64,000 nucleotides of DNA, from assembly GCA_946965045.2 (NCBI GenBank), contig OX337238.1, positions 2,728,001 to 2,792,000 of the forward strand. The letters run 5' to 3'. How positions within the stretch are numbered: position 1 is the first letter of the stretch; every line of letters begins with the position of its first letter. The position numbers and the translations under genes are program-made. Below are positions 31,097 through 42,800 of this stretch, piece by piece. Under the pieces are notes generated by a model. It ran no database searches. It was not told the origin of the DNA and saw only the letters and a list, made by a program, of their open reading frames with translations. This stretch comes from Epithemia pelagica. Its lineage: Eukaryota; Protista; Bacillariophyta.

Positions 31097-31710
31097 GAAG
31101 AAGTTATCAACTGGCAAAACAGAGACTTAGAAGTGTTAATTGAGAAATATAAATACGGGGAGTAAAACTCAATAGTCGATCCTCCAGACACTCACTCGGT
31201 GAATCCTTCACAGTTCAGCACTCTCCAACCGGGACGAATGATTTTTGCAAGAGGAATGATTCCTTTTTTGGGAGGATGATACCAGCCTTGGAACTCTCAT
31301 CCTGTCGTCGTATTTTACACTGATAGATCCCCAGAACAACCGCAACAACCACCAGGATGACACTGCTGCTGCCAAGCGGCGAATGAGAAGCCTTTCATGC
31401 TTTATTGTGCGACAACCATCTATGATCAGCTTCCCTCGAAATGGGATTGTCAGCGTTCGGGGAATCTCTGGTTTTGAGCCGGGGTCGATTTTTTGTTTTT
31501 CGTGGATGGTTTTGGACCCGATCATCTGTGCAATTCATCCATCTTATGAATGATTGAAATCGCTGCCGTAGAGGTTCGTCCTTTGTTGCTGCCGTCTTTC
31601 GTCCCGGTTTTGGTGTGAAAGGTCCATAAGTCCATTTTCATAATTTATTGAGGAGAAAGCACACAAAAAGACGAAGCTCTGAGGTCAATTCCTTTGTGTT
31701 GGCAAGCACC

Positions 31711-32943
31711 ATGACGATGACACTGCAACAGCAAGCAAAACAATCTGGGCTTGCCTTTCTGGACAGTGACAATAACAGTAACGAGCCACATTGGAATACC
31801 AATGACTGGCCTCCCCTTTTAGATGGGTGGCGTAGGCACCATGATTCAGTCGTGCTCGACCATCCCGAAAAAGACATTGCACAGACGGTTGTAGTTTTTG
31901 GAGGATACAAACAAGGTCAAGGCTACACCAACTCAGTGTTGTTGTTGAGTTTGTCAGATGAAAAAAAGCAATGGCGGGAAGGACCGCCGTTAAACAACAA
32001 CCGAGCCTATCATGCCGCGGTGATTTGTAGCGGAGGAGTTTACGTGATCGGAGGATACAACGGAATTTCACGATTGGATACTATCGAACGCATTGATGTT
32101 GACAATTTGTGTTCCGGGGCAGCGTTACGCACCACCAGCAACCAATGGACAACTGTGACTTGTCGATTGTCTACGGCGAGAGATGAATGTTCGGCTGTTG
32201 CCTTGCACAATCGTTATATTGTTGTGATTGGTGGATCCAACGGAAACTTATTGTCGTCGGTTGATATAATCGATACAGCTATCGCAAGCAACCACGCTGT
32301 TATTGCAGGGCCATCGATGACAGTACCTCGATCTGGTTGTGCAAGTGCTGTCATTGGTCATCGCATTTTTGTTGTTGGAGGCTACAATGGGCACAGTCGA
32401 GAAGGTCTCAAATCAGTGGAGCACTTGGAGATTCATGATCCTTCAGGCAATGAGACACTGAACACAGCAAGTGCAGTGTTTCCATCCTCATGCCGTTGGA
32501 CACTTCATGGCAAACTCAATCTTTCCATCCGACGGCGTGATCATGCAGTTGTAGCTGTTGGATCATGTCTGATTGTTGCGGGAGGTTTCTCCACCCTGGA
32601 CACTGTTGAAGTCTTGGATACTCAACGAAACACTGTCTGGAACGGCCCCCAATTAACCAATCCCCTACGTTTTGGTTGTAGTGCTGTGGTTCACTCGAAG
32701 GGAATCGCTTTGATTGGTGGAAGGCATAATGCTTCTTGTGCGACACTCTCCTTGGTTGACAAGAATACGCGGTGCTTTCGTCGACTCATTGAGCAGGTGC
32801 CGTTTGTAATCTTTGGGACAAGAACAAACTTACTGCCAACTGCTCCGAAACGCACTACATCATGGAAGGAGTCTGATGAGTGCCCTAAGAAGAAGCTATC
32901 AGCTGGGAAACCAGAGACGAAGACAGTGTCAATTGAGACGTAA
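31711..32943 (+). CDS. Kelch-repeat protein K4, 410 aa
   Basis: Intact ORF. The upstream 31190-31420 is a deleted remnant of the spacer seen at 45855-46045. Confidence 0.92.
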   Translation: MTMTLQQQAKQSGLAFLDSDNNSNEPHWNTNDWPPLLDGWRRHHDSVVLDHPEKDIAQTVVVFGGYKQGQGYTNSVLLLSLSDEKKQWREGPPLNNNRAYHAAVICSGGVYVIGGYNGISRLDTIERIDVDNLCSGAALRTTSNQWTTVTCRLSTARDECSAVALHNRYIVVIGGSNGNLLSSVDIIDTAIASNHAVIAGPSMTVPRSGCASAVIGHRIFVVGGYNGHSREGLKSVEHLEIHDPSGNETLNTASAVFPSSCRWTLHGKLNLSIRRRDHAVVAVGSCLIVAGGFSTLDTVEVLDTQRNTVWNGPQLTNPLRFGCSAVVHSKGIALIGGRHNASCATLSLVDKNTRCFRRLIEQVPFVIFGTRTNLLPTAPKRTTSWKESDECPKKKLSAGKPETKTVSIET

Positions 32944-33238
32944 AAATACCAGGAGTAAGACGCAGTCATGAGATCATGAGAATGAGTACTGCGATTCGAA
33001 GTGCCTGCTGTTCTTGCTGAGAACAAGATGCGTTAACAAACATGCTAGGAGTGTACGTTGTGTAACACAAACGAACAACAGCAAACATATAATAAGAAAT
33101 CACCTCAAGTAATCACTTTCTGTAGTTGGTACGATCTTTTGTAACACAAGAAACGACCCATGCGGGCTGGTTATAGCACAAGCGAACGAAAAAAGTCGGT
33201 CTGGTCTTGGAAAGAGCATGCTCCAAATGGTGCACAAA

Positions 33239-35344
33239 TCAAACTGTCACATAAAATTCATGCGACACTTGGTGTTTGATCCAGAGACGAATCGTGACAT
33301 CACAATAGTCGTACCATGCCAAATCCTTCATGACAATGGGTGCTTCTGGAACATGACACCTTTCTTTGTCCTCGTCCTCGTTACGGATGCAACTTTCGGA
33401 GAGACAATGGTGCAAACAGCATTGTATGTGGTTGGTATTCTGACAGAGTTGATCGACACGACGTGTCTGTTCCATAATCTCCTGGTGAAACCACGATTCC
33501 AAAGAATGAGGCTCCGAAACGTCGTCCTGGAGGTACTCATTGGCGTGTATTCGTGAAACTGTCGATCCAGCACCGCTCTTCATGGTTGGAACGGGGGATT
33601 CCTTCCTTCTATTTGGACTTTGGTCCTCCACCACGACCTTTGAAACGTCTTGTTGTTCCAGATCCACGTCCCAGGACGTGGAGTGTGTCGTGTCTCCGGC
33701 ATCGGACGACGACAAGACAAGGGACGGGGGAGACTCCCAGTCCATGCATTCTTCTTCATCTCGATCCGAATCAAAGACAATACATTCTTCTTCATCACGA
33801 TCCGAATCAAAGACAATGCACTCTTCCTCCTCGTCATTATCTTTTGCAGTGTGGTTATTGTTCCTGTTTGGGTGACATGGGGACACTGCCAAAGAAGAAT
33901 GCGGATTCCAGACATTGGTCATCCAAAATAAGGGCGTTCCCACAGGATCATTGTCCTCATCATGAGGATCAGCAGCAGCATTCTTTCCACGACCAAAGAT
34001 GTGGTTGTCCCCCAACAGAGGAGTTGACTGAGGTCGTAGCAGCCGGCGTGGCAGGAGCGAGCCGGTAGTATTCGAATCGTTGTTCTCCTTCTTGTGAATC
34101 TGGGCCAGAAAAGACGAATACGGCACGGACGCTTGTGTAACATGCCTCGTACAATCGTCACCACTCGTGTCGCTACTGTCGCTGCTGTTGCAAGTCCAGC
34201 AAATGGATTCGGGGGCCGCCACCAAGGAGGAGGATGACGATGAGGAGGACAACGACGACAATGAGGATGAATTCGAATCCAATCGTTGATGGTTTCGAGT
34301 GATGGACGACGACAACACGGTTGTACTGTTGTCGTTGATGTTGTTGTTTTGAGCGTCGTCGTCTTGCAGTTGTGGCTGTACAATGTTAGATTCCCCATCG
34401 TGACCACCTGTATATGGCGCATGGTCCAAATGTTGGTCGTCGTTGCCATCTCGAACCGAATTCACCTCGGTTGGTGGTGGTGATAGTGCGTTGTTGTAGT
34501 TCTTGTTCTTGTCGACTTTGGGAGGATCGTGTGGTGGTGTCTCTTGTAGTTTGTCCTGAATGTTTGGTATTAAGAAAGGAGATGCAGAGGCATTTCAATG
34601 GGTGGTGGTTTCCCCCAACTCTCCTCCTCTCATCATCATCATCATCATCCAGTGCAAGGCCTTGTCTTGTTCTTGTTTTGTCATTCGACACAACCGATCA
34701 ATCTGGACTTGCTGCTGACGTACCGTCATGCTTGTTGTTGTTGTTGTTGTTGGAGTGTCGGTGGGAGCATCTCCTCCTCCTCTTTCCTCATGGACGATTG
34801 CCAAGGATGAAGATCCAGGAGGAGGAACACATGGATCCAGGCAGGGTGGTTGGCAGTCCTCCTGCTGCTGATGGAGTACGAACGAGTTGTTGCTGTCGGT
34901 AGATTCCGTTCCAGAACAAGTAGTGTCTACTTGCCACAAAGAACAAGAGGAAGAAGAACCACAAGAATCCTCCTCCTCAGTGTTTGCGTGTGGATCTTTT
35001 GGCTGCTCTTGTTGTGGTTTGGGGGGTGATTGCTGTTGTTGTTGTTGTTGTTGTTGGGGATTGGAAGAAAAGGAGCAGAACCAACACCCATGACAACCAC
35101 CAGCGTTGTCAACCGGAGGATGCATGGCAGATGATTGGTAACGACCACCACGACAACAACTCCGACAACACTGATCCTCATCCGGTGGTTGCCATTGGTT
35201 GTTTCGTGATGATGTTTGTTGTTGTTGTTGTTGGAGCAAGACGACACTTTGGGTCCAGGCCTGCCACAAGTTGTAAAAGGCGACATTGTCATCCTGATTG
35301 GGCTCCACCACTGCCACGGCAGAACCCTGCGAGGAGGATGTCAT
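33239..35344 (-). pseudogene. X2: alpha-type X copy with a TGC>TGA nonsense codon at 34595-34597 and no C-terminal TM region
   Basis: ORFs 34595..35434 and 33239..34465 are in the same frame either side of the TGA. The copy ends at EFYVTV*. Confidence 0.8.
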
Positions 35345-36728
35345 GGTAGATTCAACACACACACCAACAGAGAAATGAGGATGCGCGTGTTGGAAGTTGG
35401 AAGCCTTTGTACAGTCGGAATCGCAGTCATACACTCCCTCTTATACAGTTTCTCGTCTATGGATCGGTCGATCCGGTTGGCATCCGAGTCCCGAGTCACA
35501 GAAGTACTTTCGCGACGATACTCGCACCTCTCTATCGTCTCAGACGCCCGCGACTCCATACACCCAAAAAAGAATCCCCATCGCGCGCGCATCTCATCGA
35601 GATCCTGGTTGGCAGAATCACCATGACGACCTATACAACGACAAGGACAAAACGACGGCCAACACACATTCGCACGGTTCTGTCAAGAATGATGATAATG
35701 ATGATGATCGAGTGACGGTGTCATTCTTCCAGACACACTCACTCGGTGTATCCTTCACAGTGTACTAGAACGAGCGATGATGAGGCTATAATGATTGATA
35801 TCGAGACCAAACAACAGAAAGAAGAAGACTCTTGATTGAAGCGGTTAATGCTTAATTGTGATGGTCTTCATCATCATCATCACACCGAAAGAGAACAAAA
35901 AAGTCTCTCACTTTTTCTCCGACCCTATAGAGTGCAATCCAATGTGGAAGAAGAAGAAAACAACAGAGGACCAAGCAATCGGCCTGAGAAAGATCATTGG
36001 TGAAAACGTACGAGATGCTTTGTTGTGATGGTCTTCAAGATTGGAGAAAGAGTCCTGGTCCCTTTCTTATGGGTATTTGCCCTGTGGTATTTGCGCCGGT
36101 TGCATTTATTATTGTTCTTGTCGCTTCCCTACGTACGGTGGGTGATTTTCCTATCGTGGGTGCCAATTTCAAGAGATCTCGATAGAGTGGCTTCTAGCAT
36201 TTGTTGCATCTTCGAGTTTGCCAGTGTGGGACAACCATGTGTGGATTTGGTCCGCTTCGTTGTGCATGGACGATGAGCTAGCGCTTGACTGCGATGCTGA
36301 TGCATTGTGCAAAACAGCCCGGAAAAATCTGAAAAGGGCCTCCAGACTGCAACGGACAAGCACTGCTACCGATGTACAGTGGCAAAGGGGTTCCAAGGAA
36401 GTGGAATCTCTGGATTTGTGCGGGGGTGGCTTTTTAGTGGATGGTTTTAGAGCTGTTCATCTGTCCAAGGTCATCCATCCGATGAATAAAAGAAGGATGG
36501 TTTTGGACCCGTTCATCTGTCCAATGCCATCCATCCGAGGATACCATGATTGAAATCGCCACCGTGGAGATGCGTCCGTCGTTGCTGCCGTCTTTCGTTC
36601 CGGTTTTGGTGTAAAAGGTCCAAAATATTCAGTCCATATCGTTCGGAGTCCATTTTCGTATTTTTTCGAGGAGAAAGACGAAGCTCTAAGGTCCATTTCT
36701 TGGTGTTGTCATAAAATCTCAAAGTACC

Positions 36729-37940
36729 ATGACAACAACACTGAAACAGCAAGCAAAACAATCTGGGCTTGCCTTTCTGGACAGTGACAATAACAGTCTT
36801 GCGCCTAATTGGAATACCAATGACTGGCCTCCCCTTTTGGGTGGGTGGCGTAGGCACCATGATTCAGTCGTGCTCGACCATCCCGAACAGGATAACAATG
36901 CACAGACGGTTGTTGTTTTGGGAGGATACAAACAAAATCAAGGCTTGACCAACTCAGTTCTGCTGATGAATCTGGCAGAAAAAACTAAGCAATGGCGGGA
37001 AGGACCGCCGTTAAACAGCAACCGAGCCTATCATGCTGCGGTGATTTGTAGTGGAGGAGTTTACGTGCTCGGAGGACACAACGGAAGTTCACGATTGAAT
37101 AAAATCGAACGGATTGATGTTGCAAATTTGTGCTCGGAATCAATCGAAAGCTCTACCAGAAACCAATGGACGGCTTTGACTTGTCGATTGTCGACGGAAA
37201 GAGATGAATGTTCGGCTGTTGCCGTCCACAATCGCTATATTGTCGTGATCGGTGGATCCAACGGAAACTTTTTGTCTTCGGTTGATATAATCGATACAGC
37301 TGCGCCAAGCAACCACACTGTGATTGTGGGACCATCCATGACAGTTCCTCGGTCTGGTTGTGCAAGTGCTGTCGTTGGTGACCGCATTTTTGTTGTTGGA
37401 GGCCTCACTGGGTATAATTTAGAAGATTTCAAATCAGTGGAGTATTTGGAGATTCATGATTTTCCCGGCAATGAGACAATGGACACAGCAAGTGCAGTGT
37501 TTACATCCTCACGCCGTTGGACGAGTCACAACGAGGTCAATCTTTCCATCGGACGATGTATTCATGCAATTGTAGCTGTTGGATCATGTCTTATTGTGAT
37601 GGGAGGTATCTTGGCCCCGGAGACTGTTGAAGTCGTGGACACTCGACGGAACACTGTGTGGACCTTTCCCCAATTAACAGGGTCACGTTATTCATGCAGT
37701 GCTGTGGTTCACTCGAGGGGAATTGCTGTGATTAGTGGAGATGACAATGCTTCTTGTGCGACACTATCGTTGTTTGACAAGAATTCGTGGTATTTTTGTC
37801 GACTCAGTGAGCAGCCGCCGAGTACAATCTTTGGGACCAGAACAGACTCACTGCGATCTGCTCAAGGGTGTACTACAGTATTGAATGAGTCTCATGAGCG
37901 CTCTAAGAAGAAGTCATCAACTGGCAAAACTGAGACGTAA
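36729..37940 (+). CDS. Kelch-repeat protein K5, 403 aa
   Basis: Intact ORF, six blades, RSKKKS tail. Confidence 0.92.
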   Translation: MTTTLKQQAKQSGLAFLDSDNNSLAPNWNTNDWPPLLGGWRRHHDSVVLDHPEQDNNAQTVVVLGGYKQNQGLTNSVLLMNLAEKTKQWREGPPLNSNRAYHAAVICSGGVYVLGGHNGSSRLNKIERIDVANLCSESIESSTRNQWTALTCRLSTERDECSAVAVHNRYIVVIGGSNGNFLSSVDIIDTAAPSNHTVIVGPSMTVPRSGCASAVVGDRIFVVGGLTGYNLEDFKSVEYLEIHDFPGNETMDTASAVFTSSRRWTSHNEVNLSIGRCIHAIVAVGSCLIVMGGILAPETVEVVDTRRNTVWTFPQLTGSRYSCSAVVHSRGIAVISGDDNASCATLSLFDKNSWYFCRLSEQPPSTIFGTRTDSLRSAQGCTTVLNESHERSKKKSSTGKTET

Positions 37941-38116
37941 AAAGTGTCAATTCTAAAAAAAAATCTTAGGACTAAAACGCAGTCATGAGCATGATTACTG
38001 CGAATCGAAGTGCTTGCTGTCCTTCCTGAGAACAATATGCGTTTACAAACATGCTGGGAGAAATGTTCATCACGTTGTGTAACATAAACGAACAACAGCA
38101 AACATATAGTTACAAC

Positions 38117-39921
38117 TCAAAAGTAATCACTTTGTGTTGTTGGTACGATCTTTTGTAACCCAAGGAACGATCCATGCGGGCTGGTTATAGCACAAGCGCA
38201 AGAAACAACAGTCGGTCTGTTCTTGGGTAGAACATCCTCTCCTTGTTCGATAGTGTTCTCGTTTGGGCGACAAGGGGACGAAACAGACACTGCGGGAGAA
38301 ATGGGATTCCAGACATTGGTCAACCACAATAAGGGCCTTCCCACAAGATCACTATCATCGTGAGCTGCAGCATCCTTTCCACGACGACGACAAGTATGGT
38401 GGTCCCCAAATGGAGGATGCAACTTCGAATCGTCCTCCTTCTTGTGGATCCGGGCCGACGACAACAACGGTACGTTCGTTTTCATTGCATGCGTCGTACC
38501 ATCATCACCATTACTACAACTATCATTGCTGCTGCTGCTGCTGCCGCAAGTCCACCGAATGGATTCAGGTGCCGCCAAGACCGATGATGATAAGGACGAT
38601 AACGACGACAATGAGGAGGAATACGAATCCAATCGTTGATGGTTTCGAGTGATGGACGACGACAAGACGGTTGCTACGTTGGGAACAATCGTTGGTGTCA
38701 CGTGATTGTCGTTGATGTTGTTTGGAGGGTCTTGCAGTCGAAGTGGTGGTGGCGGTGGTCCAAGAGACGCACTGTCAACTGCACCATCATTACCCCACTC
38801 TGGCCTAACGTGACTCAGCTCCTGGTCCAGGTGGTTGTTGTCCTCTCGAACCTAGGAGTGCGTTTTTTGCTTGTCCACTCTTATTGCGGGTAACACGATC
38901 ATCTTTCGTAGTAGTTTGTCTTGATGGTTTGAGAAGAAAGCGGATACCGGGGCATTGCAATGGGTGGTGGTTTGCACCCTTTTCATCAAGTCCAAGGCTT
39001 TGTCTTGTTCTTGTTTCGTCGTTCGACACAAGCGATCGACCTGGACTTGCTGTTGACGTGCCGTCATGTTTCTTCTTCCTGTGTTGGGTGATGGTGTCGT
39101 GAACCAGTGTTTGCTTCGTTTTTCGGTAGGAGTGCTTCTTCTTCTTCTAGTGGTTGTCCGTTCGGGTGGAGATGGGTCGTGAAATTGTGGAGAATGCTTT
39201 GCCGTTTGCTTGTTTCGTTGTTGTTGTGTACTACGACTTTCTTTGGTTCATGATGGTCCTCTCTCTCTCCTCGTCGTCCTCCTTCGTCTAGGACGCGTGG
39301 TATAGTGTGCGTGTGTTGTCTTGGAAGTTGGGGAAGGAGAACCCTTTGCCTGTTACAGTCCGTACAACAGTCGTACACTCCTTCATATGTGATAGCCCCA
39401 GACTCCAAGGACTTCACCCAGTCTTGAAGGCTGTTGTACTGGATCGCTCGGTGTGATTTTTGGTCGGACAAGATGGTGGTGGTGGTCCTTTTTCGGAAGG
39501 ATACGTTGCTTCTCTACTCGATCGAACCGTTCTCACATCGTCCGTGTCGTCGTAGGTGTCTGCTTCCTTTTCGGAAAGGTTGCTGACCTTGTCGAAAGGG
39601 TTATAAATTATTTGTGTTTGAATCGACATTCTGAGAGCGACAATGAAATGAGGGGATGACTTTGGGCGCCTCCCTTTCTATTTTGGTCTTACTGGTCATG
39701 CTATATTATAGCTCGATTCTTCCAGAGTCCCAACCACACATGGACCACACATGGACCACAACATCTACCCACAGACGGACAGTCCAAACGTTTGCCTTTT
39801 CTTGGATTCGATCCAGCCGCTGTAAAGTGCTCTTCTCTTTGCTTTGTTTTGTCTTTGTTGTTGTTTGTTTGGGGATATCGCGTCTCTTACTTGTTTGTTG
39901 TTTCCTCAACCAAAATGTCAT
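38117..39921 (-). pseudogene. X3: beta-type X copy (different 5' module), fragmented
   Basis: MTARQQQVQVDRLCRTTKQEQDKAL, ESIRWTC and LTNVWNP lie in broken frames. The 5' ~0.85 kb (39065-39921) shows no similarity I can see to X1 but is shared with X4. Confidence 0.75.
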
Positions 39922-41562
39922 GATGGTGTCTCTTGTCCTCGTCTGTCGTCTTTTCGTGCGTGTTGGAAGCTTCTACAGTTCGAATCACAGTCATACACTC
40001 ATTCATATAGAGTCTGACTTCTTCATACTCCTCGAGGCTGGCATCCGAGTCCCGAAGTACTTTCATGACCATACTCGAACCTCTTTCCGTCTCACTCTGC
40101 CCCATCGCGCGCGCATCTCTGTCATGCCACGCAAAAGATCCAGTCTTTTTTGTTGGCAGAGTCACCATGACGACCCACAACGACAACGACAAAACGACTG
40201 CCCACACACATGCGCGCACGTTTCCAGTGTGTGTTGGTTGTGTCAAGAATGATGATGATGATGAGTGAGTGACGGTGTCCATCCTCGGTGCATCCTTCAC
40301 AGTAGTATATACGGAACAGCACTGTCATGAGGAACAAATGGTCCTTTTTTGGTACCACTGGAGAATGATAGTCCCCAAAACAATAAACGCAACAACCACG
40401 AGGACGACACTGCTGTCAAGCTGCAAACGAGCCACACAAGCCAACAAAAGCACTCCATACCAGCCACAAGGAAACCTAAACGAGGGCCACCATCCGTGGC
40501 GGTATGTGTATATCGATCGTGGCCAAAACGTCCAACACAGAGACAGACATGAATGGGAGAGCTGGAGGACGGCCATGGAGGAGGAGAACCACCGCCATTC
40601 GCCGTATTCGACAGGATGCCGCCGTCCTCGTTGCCGAATTTCGCGGGTCCTTTTTAGGCCACTATATAATACGTGAGGATGATACCCAGTCCCAAAACGC
40701 GGCCATGGATCTCTACACTAATCATCCTCGAAACAAAACAAATCCAAAAGTCACTGTCTCAACGTGGTACTTTAGAGTGCAAGCCAATGTGGAACAAGAA
40801 GAACAAGTGAAAAAACAGAGGAGACGCGGCAATCTGCCAGAGACAGATCATTGGTGGAAACGTACGAGAAGCCTTTCATGCTTGATTGTTGTGGTCTTCA
40901 AGAGTGGAGTGGTGGGTACTTGCTCTGGGGTATTTGCGCCAGTAGCATCGTTGCATCTAGTCTTGTTCTTGTCGCTTCCCCAGATTGGGTGGATGATTTT
41001 CCTATCGTGGGTGCCAATTTCAAGTGATCTCGATAGAAGGGTCGGAGGGCTTCTATAGCATTTGTTGCATCTTCGCGTTTGACAGTTTGGGACAACCATG
41101 TGTGATCGATGATTGGATTGGAACCTATGGATTTGGTCCGCTTCGTTGCGCATGGAGGAGGAAAGAGCGTTTGGCTGCGATGCAGATGTATTGTGCAAAA
41201 CAGCCAGAAAAAGGCAAAGGGGTTCCAGTAAGGCCACGCGTTCTTCGAAATTGGATTGTCAGCGCGTTGATGGAATCTCTAGATTTGTGCCGAAGAAGTT
41301 GTTTCCGTGGATGGTTTTGGACCCGTAAATCTGTCCAAGGTCATCCATCCGAGGATGCAATGATTGAAATCGCCACCGTGGAGGTGCGTCCTTCGTTGCT
41401 GCCGTATTTCGTTCCGGTTTTGGTGTGAAAGGTCCAGACTATTCGGTCCATCTGGTTCGAAGTCCATTGTGTAGTTTTTGAGCAGAAAGAGGAAACTCTT
41501 AGGCCCATTCCTTGAACAAAGGCGATCCATACCTTGCTGCTGTCATAAAATCTGAAAGCACC

Positions 41563-42768
41563 ATGACGACGACGCTGATGCATCAGCAAGCAAAACAATC
41601 TGGTCTTTGCTTTCTGAACATAAATAGTGAGGCGTCACATTGGAATGTCAATGACTGGCCTCGTCTTTTAGGTGGGTGGCGTGCGTATCATGCTTCAGTC
41701 ATGCTCGACCATCCCGAAAAAGACATTGCACAGACGGTTGTAGTTTTTGGAGGATACAAACAAGGTCAAGGCTACACCAACTCAGTGTTGTTCATGAGTT
41801 TGGGAGATGAAAACAAGCAATGGCGGGAAGGACCGCCGTTCATCAGCAACCGAGCCTATCATGCTGCGGTGGTTTGTAACGGAGGAGTTTACGTGATAGG
41901 AGGACACAATGGAAGATCATGTTTGGAAAGTATCGAACGGATTGATGTTCAAAATTTGTGTTCCGAATCCATGGAAAGCTCTACCAGCAACCAATGGACG
42001 ACCCTGACTTGTCGATTGTCTACGGCAAGAGATGAATGTTCGGCTGTTGCCGTGCACAATCGCTATATTGTTGTGATTGGTGGATACGACCGAGACCCTT
42101 TGTCGACGGTTGATATAATCGATACAGGTATCGCATGCAACCACACTGTGATTGTGGGACCATCGATGACAGTTCCTCGGTATAGTTGTGCAAGTGCTGT
42201 CATTGGTAATCGTATTTTGGTTGTTGGAGGCTACGTTAGGCACAATGCAGAAGTGCTCCAATCAGTAGAGTATTTGGAGATTCATGATCCTTCAGGCATC
42301 GAGACAATGAACACAGCAAGTGCAGTGTTTCCATCCTCATGCCGTTGGACACGTCATGACCAAATTAATCTTTCCATCAAACGGTGGTTTCATGCAGTTG
42401 TAGCTGTTGGATCATGCCTGATTGTTATGGGAGGTTCCTTAGCCGTGGACGCTGTTGAAGTCTTGGACACTCGACGGAACACTGTGTGGACCTTTCCCCA
42501 ATTAACAGGGTCACGTTATTCATGCAGTGCTGTGGTTCACTCGAGGGGAATAGCTGTGATAAGTGGAGATGAAAATCCTTCATGTGCGACACTTTCTTTG
42601 ATTGACAAGAATACGTGGTGTTTTCGTCGGCTCATTGAGCATGTGCCACGTACAATCTTTGGGACCAGAACAGACTCACTGCGATCTACTCAAGGGTGTA
42701 ATACAGTATTGATAGAGTTTGATGAACGCCCTAATACGAAGTTATCGAATGGGAAATCTCAGACGTAA
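41563..42768 (+). CDS. Kelch-repeat protein K6, 401 aa
   Basis: Intact ORF, six blades. Confidence 0.92.
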   Translation: MTTTLMHQQAKQSGLCFLNINSEASHWNVNDWPRLLGGWRAYHASVMLDHPEKDIAQTVVVFGGYKQGQGYTNSVLFMSLGDENKQWREGPPFISNRAYHAAVVCNGGVYVIGGHNGRSCLESIERIDVQNLCSESMESSTSNQWTTLTCRLSTARDECSAVAVHNRYIVVIGGYDRDPLSTVDIIDTGIACNHTVIVGPSMTVPRYSCASAVIGNRILVVGGYVRHNAEVLQSVEYLEIHDPSGIETMNTASAVFPSSCRWTRHDQINLSIKRWFHAVVAVGSCLIVMGGSLAVDAVEVLDTRRNTVWTFPQLTGSRYSCSAVVHSRGIAVISGDENPSCATLSLIDKNTWCFRRLIEHVPRTIFGTRTDSLRSTQGCNTVLIEFDERPNTKLSNGKSQT

Positions 42769-42800
42769 AAAGTGGTAATTGAGAAAAATAAATCTTAGGA

